DNA of 64,000 bases from a virus (lineage: Duplodnaviria; Heunggongvirae; Uroviricota; Caudoviricetes): IMG/VR virus record IMGVR_UViG_3300042868_008486, positions 44,810 through 108,809 of that record; one strand, written 5' to 3'. Positions 9,990-19,285 of the stretch are shown here, piece after piece (within the stretch, counting starts at the first letter, position 1; the number at the start of each line of letters is the position of its first letter). The translations under genes were made by a program, and so were the position numbers. The notes under the pieces were generated by a model. It ran no database searches. It was not told the origin of the DNA and saw only the letters and a list, made by a program, of their open reading frames with translations.

Positions 9990-10222
9990 TACTGTTTCAG
10001 TAGAATAGTTGTGTCACTATCGGATTTGAAATTTTCAACTGACTTGTAAGTGTTGTAAGTTACCTTCAACACTTTTTCATCATTGGGGATATTAACATAC
10101 CCGTCGAAATTAGAATAATAAATAGACTTGTCAGTGGTTACTTTAACTGCCGGTAATGTCTCTTTGGTCTCAACATCTAAGAACCAAACCTTAATCATCA
10201 ATGCTAATATTACTGTTTTCAT
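9986..10222 (-). CDS. Small protein resembling the carboxypeptidase-regulatory-like domain (SusC N-terminal extension type)
   Basis: V.D.ETKETLPAVKV......YSNFDGY..I...VLKVTY pattern after a hydrophobic start. Confidence 0.55.
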   Translation of the reverse strand: MKTVILALMIKVWFLDVETKETLPAVKVTTDKSIYYSNFDGYVNIPNDEKVLKVTYNTYKSVENFKSDSDTTILLKQY

Positions 10223-10309
10223 ACTAATACGTATATTAAATTTTACTCAAATGGCCCGAAAATTGATTTATTAACGTTTTATTAATATATTTAATAATAA
10301 AGTAACATT

Positions 10310-10654
10310 ATGAAAAAATTTCTAATCTCAGTAATGTTTCTTCTAATCAGTTACATATCATATGCACAAGAAGAAGAAATAACAATGGTTGTTTCAACAT
10401 ACAGTAACAACACCATTGAACAAACAGGTTTCCTTGACAAAAATGGGAAAAAAGATTCCGTATGGACTCAATATAATGAAGTAGGTAAGATAATCGGTGT
10501 GGGGTCATATTCCCACGGGGTTAAAGACGGGTATTGGTATTGTTATAACGATAACGGACGTAAAATCTTTGAAGTCCTATATGTTAACGGAGAAAAAAGA
10601 AAAGGTAAACAATGGGATGATAAGGGACATCTTATTGATAAAAGAAAGTGGTAA
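10310..10654 (+). CDS. Secreted MORN-variant repeat protein (YwqK-like)
   Basis: Signal peptide; GKKDSVWTQY, GVKDGYWYCY, GEKRKGKQW repeats. Confidence 0.75.
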   Translation: MKKFLISVMFLLISYISYAQEEEITMVVSTYSNNTIEQTGFLDKNGKKDSVWTQYNEVGKIIGVGSYSHGVKDGYWYCYNDNGRKIFEVLYVNGEKRKGKQWDDKGHLIDKRKW

Positions 10655-10668
10655 ACAAAAACCCCAAG

Positions 10669-11124
10669 TTAATCTTGGGGTTCATTAAAATATAATGACT
10701 TATCAACGTTTTTAATTTGAATACTAAAACTAGAACTTGTGAAATTAGGCCCTAACATACGTAAGTCCATTTTTAACATTGTTTGAATATTTGCGACCCA
10801 TATATAAGGATGACCATCTTTATAAATTTTTTCTACAGGATAATTGTATAAACCATTATAATTACCATCATCATTATTAATGAATACAACCCACGGGAAT
10901 GGTTTATCCGGAATTAATTCAAGTACGTAGTCGTAATGTCTTCTAAAATCATCCTCATAATCCCACTGTCTCTCACCCTCAAATAAATCAACAAGTTCAA
11001 CTTCAAATTTAAAATCAGTTTTAATACCTGCATATAATTTAAAATATCGGTTAATCATCACAGTTGCGAATTTTTGAATTGTTTTCAAAACACTCTCATC
11101 GGTAATATCTCTTTTTTTTTCCAT
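10669..11124 (-). CDS. Hypothetical late-type protein (start corrected to 11124)
   Basis: TATTTAT-N4-ATG at MEKKRDITDE. Confidence 0.55.
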   Translation of the reverse strand: MEKKRDITDESVLKTIQKFATVMINRYFKLYAGIKTDFKFEVELVDLFEGERQWDYEDDFRRHYDYVLELIPDKPFPWVVFINNDDGNYNGLYNYPVEKIYKDGHPYIWVANIQTMLKMDLRMLGPNFTSSSFSIQIKNVDKSLYFNEPQD

Positions 11125-11182
11125 ATCAATAAATATGTTATTGTTCAATAAACTAACCTAGTTTATCGTAGCAAATTTATGT

Positions 11183-11437
11183 TTATCGTTTCACTTCCAA
11201 ATCCTTAAATGAGTCGGGGTTAATGAATTCTGATTCAAGATAAGTAACAACAGACCTCATCACCTCACCCTCAGTCTGATTACTTTTCTCACCAGCAATA
11301 CGAATTACCATCGCTAACGCACCCGATAATACAGATAATGATTCACCGTATTCTATTGATTCCTTATTAGTCCCCAAATCCAAATACAATCTCCCGTCTT
11401 CACGAACTTCATATCCTATCTTAATGTAATTCTCCAT
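11183..11437 (-). CDS. Hypothetical protein
   Basis: 84 aa; TATCTTTG promoter ~11442 followed by hairpin 11451-11480. Confidence 0.6.
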   Translation of the reverse strand: MENYIKIGYEVREDGRLYLDLGTNKESIEYGESLSVLSGALAMVIRIAGEKSNQTEGEVMRSVVTYLESEFINPDSFKDLEVKR

Positions 11438-11487
11438 AAATCAAAGATACAAAAAAACCCCACTTAAAAAAAGAGGGGCTTCATATA

Positions 11488-12702
11488 TTATTTTACCGTA
11501 TCAATACTATTAATTTCCCAATCAATCTCATTGAACATTCGTTTTAATTTATATTCATATGTTCGATTAAACCAATCAACGATTAAATCAGGATTATTAC
11601 CAAAGACTTCAAATAATTTAGAGTATCTTGGTTCCAAATATAATCTCCTATCATCTGAACCATAATCATTATCAAAAAACCCAATTAACTTAGAATTAAG
11701 ATTAAATCTGTCTTTATCTATAACATAGATGTTAACACCATCTTCTGATGGGCTCATTACAAATTTAACATTCTCAGGTAATAACTGAGGGGCAACGTGT
11801 TTGATGTATTTATCAATCGTATTATCTTTTTTAGATTCGGTATTCTCATTAATAGATTTACCCTCATCTTCACTAAACTCTTCCGCATCAACAAGTATTT
11901 GAATTTTATTATGGTCAATTCTATCAAAAAAACTACCGGTGATTGGGATTGAGTTGTTTGTTATCTTATTCCACTTATCAACAATATCCATAGTTAAATG
12001 ACTACGATAATTGGGTTGCCAAGTGGCATAACCACCAGCATCACTCTCCGTATAATGAACTATAACTAATGGAATATCTTTAAATCTTGAGGGATGTAAA
12101 TAGGGGTCTTTTTTTCTTGTTACCTCCAAATGTGAAATATTGGGATATTCTTTATATAACCATTTCTTAAATAATTCAACCCTTTTATCAATTGGAATTG
12201 AAACCCCCTCATTAATTACTTCATCATCATCAACAAACTCTTCAGTATCAATAACAATTTTTGCATTATATCCACTAAATTTCCATCTAGGTATGACAGG
12301 TATTTGACCACCTGTAACTTTATTCCATTCGTCACTTATTTCACCCGCTAACCAAGAGTCGTGATTAACCGCATCACTATCGGTTGTATAATAAATTTTA
12401 ATTAACGGATGACCGTCATATGTTGAGGTTTCCAAAAACGAAATCTCGTCAAAATTATTATGTAACCATTTTTTAAATAAGTTAACACTTTTTTCGGTTG
12501 AAATCTCTTCTTTCAACAATCTAAATCTCAATAACGGTTTACCGTTAATTGTTATATCACCCTTGTCATTCTTACCAATGGTTTTAACAACAACCTTCTT
12601 ATTCTTAAATTTCCCACCCATTAATGTATCCCCAACTTTAATGTCGAGTTTAATCATTTCATTAATGGATTTATATTGTTCTTCAGTTATTATTATTTTC
12701 AT
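11488..12702 (-). CDS. MKIIITE-leader multi-module (polyprotein-like) protein
   Basis: 404 aa; modules bounded by SINE, LLKEE, VINE, SINE; internal duplicated domain (VNLFKKWL / VELFKKWL). Confidence 0.7.
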   Translation of the reverse strand: MKIIITEEQYKSINEMIKLDIKVGDTLMGGKFKNKKVVVKTIGKNDKGDITINGKPLLRFRLLKEEISTEKSVNLFKKWLHNNFDEISFLETSTYDGHPLIKIYYTTDSDAVNHDSWLAGEISDEWNKVTGGQIPVIPRWKFSGYNAKIVIDTEEFVDDDEVINEGVSIPIDKRVELFKKWLYKEYPNISHLEVTRKKDPYLHPSRFKDIPLVIVHYTESDAGGYATWQPNYRSHLTMDIVDKWNKITNNSIPITGSFFDRIDHNKIQILVDAEEFSEDEGKSINENTESKKDNTIDKYIKHVAPQLLPENVKFVMSPSEDGVNIYVIDKDRFNLNSKLIGFFDNDYGSDDRRLYLEPRYSKLFEVFGNNPDLIVDWFNRTYEYKLKRMFNEIDWEINSIDTVK

Positions 12703-12799
12703 AGTATCATTTTAAATTTTAGTCCTCATCCAACTGAACAAATTTGCGAAATTAGATTTTACTGTTTTGATTCCCCTTAAATTATAAACCTCACCCAAC
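12699..12799 (-). CRISPR. CRISPR-like mini-array (repeat-spacer-partial repeat) at the 3' end of the 12712 gene
   Basis: Minus strand GTTGGGTGAGGTTTATAATTTAAGGGGAATCAAAAC (36 nt, 12764-12799), 29-nt spacer (12735-12763), then GTTGGATGAGGACTAAAATTTAA (19/23 identical to the first copy). Confidence 0.5.
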
Positions 12800-13140
12800 C
12801 ACTTCTCTGTAACTTTTTGAATAACAAGGTTGGTCAAATCAAAATATTCATCCAAAACCCACCAAATATCAGAACTAATGTAAACTTCATCATTTCGTCT
12901 GTTGTAAACCATTAAGTTATAACCTTTTTTATAACGAAATAACGTCCAATCACCATCTGTTTCAGATTGAACAACTTCCAAATCATCAAACAGGTGTAAG
13001 AACTCCATAAAAGTATCAATATTCAATACTTTACAAAAAGTATCAAACCCACCCATTAAGTCAATAACCTGTTTAACCCCATTGGTTTTAATCAACTCTT
13101 TAAGTCTCTCAACTTTATTTTCGGTTATTATTATTTTCAT
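12712..13140 (-). CDS. MKIIITE-leader paralog-family protein ending in WLGEVYNLRGIKT
   Basis: GVKQVIDLMGG module + ~85-aa domain (LFRYKKG...VYIS..IW). Confidence 0.75.
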   Translation of the reverse strand: MKIIITENKVERLKELIKTNGVKQVIDLMGGFDTFCKVLNIDTFMEFLHLFDDLEVVQSETDGDWTLFRYKKGYNLMVYNRRNDEVYISSDIWWVLDEYFDLTNLVIQKVTEKWLGEVYNLRGIKTVKSNFANLFSWMRTKI

Positions 13141-13883
13141 ATCATTTTAATATAACTAGGACCCAGTAAAGGTTCTGTTCTCTTTAAGTTTAAGTGGAAA
13201 ACATCTTCAGCCCACTCCTTAGTGTATTCAATAATACTGTAGTATTCAATACCAAGTTTACCATTTAAAAAATCCCAAATTTCTTTTTCACTTATGTAAA
13301 GACACTTTAGGAATTTATCGTAAATCATCACATTATTACCTTCCTGATATCTAAATAAAATGTAATCATTTTTATCTTTTGATTGAACTGCCTCTAAATC
13401 ATCAAATAGATGTAAAAAGTCCATCGGACCACTAAGATTAAATATTTTACAAAATTTATCCCAACCACCCATTAATTTAATTGTGGTATTAGGTCCTTCA
13501 CGATTAAGTATATATTTAAGTTTATCAACTTTATTTTCAGTAATAATACCGTCTTCAAGTTTACCATTAATTAATATTGGGACAATCCAAGGTTTTCCTG
13601 TGTAGTATAATTTTTCACGTAAATATTGTGCAAATCCTTGAACATCATCTTCATCAAAGTAAGCGTCTGCATAAACATCAATATAAACACTTAATGATGG
13701 TTTATGTTTGATATTTATCACTTTAACTTTATCTATATGGCTAAACAATGTTAGATACCAATTACTAGCACTAATCTCTTCATTACGATAACGTTCCTTT
13801 AGTACGGATAATTCTTCATCAATCAATCGTTGGAATAACCCAAAAACCTTTTTATTTACTTCCTCGTTAATTAATATCTTCAT
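13137..13883 (-). CDS. Fused two-module leader protein; C-terminal half paralogous to 12712
   Basis: MKILINE; internal IITENKVDKLK; FLHLFDDLE shared with 12712. Confidence 0.75.
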   Translation of the reverse strand: MKILINEEVNKKVFGLFQRLIDEELSVLKERYRNEEISASNWYLTLFSHIDKVKVINIKHKPSLSVYIDVYADAYFDEDDVQGFAQYLREKLYYTGKPWIVPILINGKLEDGIITENKVDKLKYILNREGPNTTIKLMGGWDKFCKIFNLSGPMDFLHLFDDLEAVQSKDKNDYILFRYQEGNNVMIYDKFLKCLYISEKEIWDFLNGKLGIEYYSIIEYTKEWAEDVFHLNLKRTEPLLGPSYIKMI

Positions 13884-14373
13884 TGATATAACTGTTTAAT
13901 TTATATTTCTCTATAATTTGTTTGAATATCTGAGTTCTACCTCGTTTACCAATTGTATTTCTTTTTGATATAAATGAATATCCAAATCCTGAGTCACCAC
14001 AAGTACCAAGAACTCTCCTATACTCTTGACCACTATGTCCATTAAATGGTGTAGACGCGTATGCAGTGAACTTATAATTCATACCACCACTAGTCCATTT
14101 AAAATCACCAAGTTTCTTTTCTTTCTTATTCCAACTATCTTCTAAATTAAGTGACTCAATTAATAAATTGTCGATATACATATTCTCACCTGTCGAATCG
14201 AATTTATATGGGACAAAACCTGTTGATTTATAAAATTCCTTTAAATCATCGTTAAATGCTACTTTCAACAAAGTTTTAATACCACCAACCAATTTAACCA
14301 CCTCATTAACACCTTTAGTATTAATTAACTCACGTAATTTTTCACCGGCTGATTCTTTAATCAAAATTCTCAT
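13867..14373 (-). CDS. MRILIKE-leader protein with GG module (start corrected to 14373)
   Basis: TATTTAT-N4-ATG; GVNEVVKLVGG. Confidence 0.65.
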   Translation of the reverse strand: MRILIKESAGEKLRELINTKGVNEVVKLVGGIKTLLKVAFNDDLKEFYKSTGFVPYKFDSTGENMYIDNLLIESLNLEDSWNKKEKKLGDFKWTSGGMNYKFTAYASTPFNGHSGQEYRRVLGTCGDSGFGYSFISKRNTIGKRGRTQIFKQIIEKYKLNSYINEDIN

Positions 14374-14409
14374 ACCAATAAATATAATAGAAAACAAAAA
14401 ACCCCCAAC

Positions 14410-15312
14410 TTAAAGAAGGGGGGTTTTAGTTAACATTAAACATATCACAGGACAACTATACTCTTTAATACCGGTACTACTGTGATTATATGTGTAAGTC
14501 ACATTTTGGGGGTCCTCAAATGAAATCCCCCTCACTTTTTCTTCAATACCTTCCAAATCATAAGAACCATCAACATCAATGATGAAAAACCTTGGAACAT
14601 TCGAAAATCTTGACTCATCACCTAATTCCATCAAATACTTGGAAACAATATGTGGCTCAGATAACGCAACATCCCTCCAAGATTCCCCATAATAATCCAT
14701 AAATTGATTAGTAACACTTCGAGAAACTTTTTGGTCAAACCCAATTCCGTGAATATAATAATCAATACCACCTCTATGTGAAAATGTTGGAATGATATCT
14801 TCGTCAGCATTAAAAATTAAATACTCCAAATAATCATTACGTAATGTATTGAAGATTTTTAGATATGAGAATTTCTCAATATCCTTTTGCATCTTCTTCA
14901 AACTACCATCAAAATTAGTTTCATCGTAAGCGGAGGGGTAAACAATGGTCTTAACCGCATATGAATCGAACTGAGCGGAAACAAATGGCCACTTATAATC
15001 AACGTAACCCAATTTAAAATACTCGGACTTATAATGATTGAACAATTTAATGGCATTCATACCATTCCTATATTTTTCAGTCGTTCTAAACATTTCACGT
15101 AAAATAACTCTCGCCTCATTGTAATTCCAATGTTCAACAATGAAATCGGTAACGTCAATTAATTTTGTATCAACAACCACATCACCTTTACGATTGACTT
15201 TAACAGGAACGTTCCAAACGTCCTTCATTATTTTTAAAAATAAATGTTGGGTATCCTTTGAGCCAAGAATTAATCCAACTTGTTCTTTTGTGATTCCGTC
15301 CTTAATATTCAT
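14410..15312 (-). CDS. Possible PD-(D/E)xK restriction-endonuclease-like protein
   Basis: GGIDYYIHGIGFDQKVS resembles a D...D-x-K catalytic core; TATATTTG promoter ~15317. Confidence 0.4.
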   Translation of the reverse strand: MNIKDGITKEQVGLILGSKDTQHLFLKIMKDVWNVPVKVNRKGDVVVDTKLIDVTDFIVEHWNYNEARVILREMFRTTEKYRNGMNAIKLFNHYKSEYFKLGYVDYKWPFVSAQFDSYAVKTIVYPSAYDETNFDGSLKKMQKDIEKFSYLKIFNTLRNDYLEYLIFNADEDIIPTFSHRGGIDYYIHGIGFDQKVSRSVTNQFMDYYGESWRDVALSEPHIVSKYLMELGDESRFSNVPRFFIIDVDGSYDLEGIEEKVRGISFEDPQNVTYTYNHSSTGIKEYSCPVICLMLTKTPLL

Positions 15313-15379
15313 AATTCAAATATAAGAAAAATAAATCGCATAAAAAAACCCCACGGATGAGGTGGGGTAATAAAAATTG

Positions 15380-15883
15380 TTAGGCCGTTTGTTGTTTTAA
15401 TGTTTTACAAGCCGTAATATTAAACCCTTTTCCAAATTTCTGAGATAGTTTCCATATCGTATCCCAAGACACTGTGGCCTCACCACTCAAATCTTCATAT
15501 AATGGTTTACCAAATTTTTTATTATATGCGTTTAACACTGAACCCATTTGTTGTTGTGTTTTAATCTCACTAAACACTTTATTTAAATCACCTGAAGTTC
15601 CAATACCTTTAATCGAATTATTTAATCTTAGTATCCAAGACTGAATTGTTTTATCCGCAGGATTTGGTTGACCTGACACTCCTCGTAATTTACTAAATAA
15701 CTCTAAGACTAATTCTGAAGTTTTTTTGGTTTGTTGACATATAGTTTGAGGTGAGGAGTCAACCGCGTCATAACCGGTATCGGGCATTGATTCAAGACCC
15801 CCAAGAGAAAACGCCTGTTCTTTTATAACTCTCTTGACTATTCTAACTAAATCTGATTCAGATAATCTTATTACTTTTTTCAT
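15380..15883 (-). CDS. MKKVIRLSESDLVRIVKRVIKE-leader protein
   Basis: Leader near-identical in DNA and protein to 19797 gene. Confidence 0.7.
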   Translation of the reverse strand: MKKVIRLSESDLVRIVKRVIKEQAFSLGGLESMPDTGYDAVDSSPQTICQQTKKTSELVLELFSKLRGVSGQPNPADKTIQSWILRLNNSIKGIGTSGDLNKVFSEIKTQQQMGSVLNAYNKKFGKPLYEDLSGEATVSWDTIWKLSQKFGKGFNITACKTLKQQTA

Positions 15884-15895
15884 AATAATTTTTAA

Positions 15896-16303
15896 TTAAA
15901 ATTCATCCTCTTCCTCAGAGTCATATCCATTTAATTTGTCTTCACAAAACTCAATAATATCTTTTAAATAATCAATAGCTTCATCATCAGACATTTCCAT
16001 TAGTTCATCTTCAATATCTTGATGAATACTTGGTAGGTCATACATTCTGTAATCACTATCATCTTCCTCCAATTCATTTTCTTCAGAACCCAAAACTTCC
16101 TCATCGTTAACTAATGAGTCAAAATCATCCTCATCTATTTCACTAAACGATTCTAATTGTTCACTAACCAATGGTTTAGCATTACCCAATTTATTTTCTA
16201 CCAAGGCTTTAAACCTTTCAGTCTGTACTTGCAAACTACCGGTATGTTGTGAACGAATACTATTTCTTTCTTCTTCACTCATTTCATTTAAAATGTGTTT
16301 CAT
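15896..16303 (-). CDS. MKHILNE-leader highly acidic protein
   Basis: MKHILNEMSEEERNSIRSQH; D/E-rich; TATTTAT upstream. Confidence 0.7.
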   Translation of the reverse strand: MKHILNEMSEEERNSIRSQHTGSLQVQTERFKALVENKLGNAKPLVSEQLESFSEIDEDDFDSLVNDEEVLGSEENELEEDDSDYRMYDLPSIHQDIEDELMEMSDDEAIDYLKDIIEFCEDKLNGYDSEEEDEF

Positions 16304-16351
16304 AATATCTTTTTTAATATAAATAGTTACTAGACATAAAAAAACTCAACA

Positions 16352-17680
16352 TTATTTAGAGAGTTCAATCAAATCGGACTCTTTAAACTTATATGTTTTA
16401 CCAACAGTCCCAATTGGGGAATTATTGAAAACATAAACATCCGAACCTTTAATGAATGCCATTCTATCAATAGGTTTATTACTGTAATTAACCGCATTTG
16501 AGAACCCAATATTTGCTGAATAAATACCATCTTTTAATTCAATATTGGATAATGGTTTAATTTGATACGTTACACCATCAATTGTGGCATCAATACCATC
16601 AATTATGTCTTTTTTTGTGCCAAAACCTGAGATTTTAATATCAGAACCCGGATGAAATTGGTCCCTTATTTTTTCAGCATCAAGTTTTTCTTGTCTAAAA
16701 TTGTTAACTATTGATTTAAGTTGGATGTCAAGAAGTTGTTTCATATCATCACTATCAACATCCCTGAATAAATCGGCCATCCAATTAATCATTGACGACT
16801 CAATATTACCCTCATCATATGTAAATTTGTTATCTTTGATGTCTCTAGCCAAAAATAACTTCATTCTTTCGTGAATTGGTAGTTTAGTGTTAAAGAAATT
16901 GACAATTGACCAACCCCTCTTATCAAATGGAATAGGTTTTACACCGACAACACCCGCAACATACTCATTAGTCGATGGTGTCCAATAATCTTTAAAGGCA
17001 ATCTCAAGGGCTTTCTTAATATTTGTTGACTTAATGTAAGACTCAAACTTCACAATATCGGGGAAATATGGAAATACTTTAGAATCAAACACATTTTTCC
17101 ATATATAAATTTTCTTATTCTTAGTTAAAAAGATATCTTTAGACGATAATTCGAAGGTTTCATTAGTAATTGTGTTATGTAATAGTACTTTACAACCCGG
17201 TGTCTCTTTAATTTCATTAAAAACACGTTCAAGTTCAGATGGAGTGTCAGCAATACCATTAATGTATACTAATTCATATTGAAATCCAAAATTAGTGTAA
17301 TCAATTTCAATTACACATTCATCAATTGGTTCATCAGGAACCAAATCCAACTCCTGTTCATTCAAACTATCTTGTAATATCACCTCATTTGTGAATATCT
17401 TTAAATGGGGGAAACTTTTTCTAAGTCTATATTGTATTTCACTTGTTAAAAAATCAAAATCAAAGGTATCATCATAACCATAAATGTCAATCCAAACTTT
17501 AATTCCATCATTATATGTCATATGATTAATCTCAACACCATCAATTGATGCTATTGCGTCCTGTGCATCCCAAGAAAACCCCTCACTATTAGATAGTATA
17601 TCCTCAACTTGAACATTAATTAAATATTCAAGGATTTCTTTCAGTTTAGTTTCCTTACTCTCAGTAATTATTACTTTCAT
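16352..17680 (-). CDS. MKVIITE-leader multi-module protein with C-terminal PD-(D/E)xK nuclease-like domain
   Basis: KDIIDGIDATIDGVTYQIKP; internal SLNE boundary; TATTTAT-N4-ATG. Confidence 0.55.
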   Translation of the reverse strand: MKVIITESKETKLKEILEYLINVQVEDILSNSEGFSWDAQDAIASIDGVEINHMTYNDGIKVWIDIYGYDDTFDFDFLTSEIQYRLRKSFPHLKIFTNEVILQDSLNEQELDLVPDEPIDECVIEIDYTNFGFQYELVYINGIADTPSELERVFNEIKETPGCKVLLHNTITNETFELSSKDIFLTKNKKIYIWKNVFDSKVFPYFPDIVKFESYIKSTNIKKALEIAFKDYWTPSTNEYVAGVVGVKPIPFDKRGWSIVNFFNTKLPIHERMKLFLARDIKDNKFTYDEGNIESSMINWMADLFRDVDSDDMKQLLDIQLKSIVNNFRQEKLDAEKIRDQFHPGSDIKISGFGTKKDIIDGIDATIDGVTYQIKPLSNIELKDGIYSANIGFSNAVNYSNKPIDRMAFIKGSDVYVFNNSPIGTVGKTYKFKESDLIELSK

Positions 17681-17699
17681 ATTGATAAATACTTACATA

Positions 17700-18029
17700 T
17701 TATGATTTGGATTCATACCAGGCTCGACTATTTGGATATTTTTCCCTATGTATACCAATTAACTCAACGGCCCTATCGTAATCATAGACTAGTTCTTTCT
17801 CAAAAATATCAAGTGTCTCACCACCTAATCCTCTTTCTACAAATAAAACGTGGGGAGATTCAAAACACTCATCAACAATATAACCCATTTCATTCGCATA
17901 TTCCCTCACATAAGAGTAAGATTTATCTAATAGCACTGAAAACTTCTTTAAACTATTAGTTAGACATACCACATTAACCTCAACACCGTTGATTTTTGTG
18001 GTTAACATATATTGTTTCAATTTTCCCAT
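17700..18029 (-). CDS. Hypothetical protein (start corrected to 18029)
   Basis: MGKLKQY start just after TATATTTG promoter. Confidence 0.55.
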   Translation of the reverse strand: MGKLKQYMLTTKINGVEVNVVCLTNSLKKFSVLLDKSYSYVREYANEMGYIVDECFESPHVLFVERGLGGETLDIFEKELVYDYDRAVELIGIHREKYPNSRAWYESKS

Positions 18030-18109
18030 ACAACAAATATAATAAAAAAAAGAAACCCCACCTAATAAAAGATGGGGTCGGACCATAAATACTATCTATG
18101 GTGGAGTAA

Positions 18110-18385
18110 CTATTTATTCATTTTATATATTTCAATCAACTCGTCACCAAACATACTCATAATCTCATTATGAATATCTTCATCAAACGATTGTGAGAAA
18201 TCTCTAGCACAATAACCTCTAAGAGTTGCCGTAATAACGTACTTATACGTGCTCCATTCAAACGAACTTGGGGGAACAGTTAATTTCTCCTCGCCACTTT
18301 TTAATTGGTCAACATAATCTCTCATACAATGATATCGTCGTTTCAGATAAATACTATACTGTCGTTCAGTTATAATGATTTTCAT
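18110..18385 (-). CDS. MKIIITE-leader small protein, similar to 50399 and 40143
   Basis: MKIIITERQY..YLKRR; TATTTAT-N4-ATG. Confidence 0.7.
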   Translation of the reverse strand: MKIIITERQYSIYLKRRYHCMRDYVDQLKSGEEKLTVPPSSFEWSTYKYVITATLRGYCARDFSQSFDEDIHNEIMSMFGDELIEIYKMNK

Positions 18386-18454
18386 ATCAATAAATACCTA
18401 CAAATCATAAAAAACCCCACCTGTTATAGATGGGGAAATTTAGTATTATTATGT

Positions 18455-19285
18455 TTAGTTTTTCACTTGAATACTCTTCTTAAAGGTTAACGTAATATAT
18501 GTATCATCATTACCGTATAAGTATAATTTACCAAATAAATCATAACCTAAAAATTTACTTCTCATTCTCAAAGGTCCGGCAACATCTAACTCAGCATTAA
18601 CTGATTGATTTGGTGTCCGTCCGTCACCGTTTTTATTTAAATCCTCAACTTTAATAAATACTTGAAAAGGACCTGTAGATTGTTTAGGTTGTAATGTCAT
18701 AGGTACTTTTAAATCTGAAGTAACTAAATCAGTATCACCATTGAATACTTTAATAGTGATTGGGGTTGTTGAGTTATTAGTAAAACCTTCAAATTTAAAT
18801 GGTACTAACGTACCAACAGTTGTTGTTGTTGGTTTTTCCGATTTTGTTAAATCAAGATTTCTATTACCTACCAACTCTTCAACCTTACCTTCGCCAACTT
18901 GAGGTTTACCATCAGCACCAACTGTACCAACTTGAGGTTTACCATCAGCACCAACTGTACCAACTTGAGGTTTACCATCAGCACCAACTGTACCAACTTG
19001 AGGTTTACCATCAGCACCAACTTGAGGGTTATTTACAGGTGCTTTTCCACCCGGAAATTGAGTCTCCAATTTTTGAATGGTGGTGGGGTATTTTGATATA
19101 TCTAAAATCTTACCTGATTTATTCTTTGCAACCCACTTATTATTCTGTTTCTGATATGTATAATTTTTATCACCAGGAACTGTTAACCAAGTATTATCAA
19201 CAACCTGTTCTTTTAACAACCTTCTTTCTTCAAGTAATCTATTTGATTCCTGAATATGTCGTATCTTACTATAACTTCGATTCAT
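18455..19285 (-). CDS. MNRSYSKIRHIQE-leader protein with tandem 11-aa repeats
   Basis: PQVGTVGADGK repeats; WLTVPGDKNYTYQK...W domain shared with C-terminus of 39344. Confidence 0.7.
   Translation of the reverse strand: MNRSYSKIRHIQESNRLLEERRLLKEQVVDNTWLTVPGDKNYTYQKQNNKWVAKNKSGKILDISKYPTTIQKLETQFPGGKAPVNNPQVGADGKPQVGTVGADGKPQVGTVGADGKPQVGTVGADGKPQVGEGKVEELVGNRNLDLTKSEKPTTTTVGTLVPFKFEGFTNNSTTPITIKVFNGDTDLVTSDLKVPMTLQPKQSTGPFQVFIKVEDLNKNGDGRTPNQSVNAELDVAGPLRMRSKFLGYDLFGKLYLYGNDDTYITLTFKKSIQVKN
18894..19027. repeat. Perfect 33-bp tandem repeat (3 full copies plus partials), coding
   Basis: ccaacttgaggtttaccatcagcaccaactgta at 18894, 18927, 18960; partials at 18993 and 19017. Confidence 0.95.

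Noticed and set aside
18894-19027. 33-bp repeats as a CRISPR array
   Set aside because: Head-to-tail with no spacers; coding
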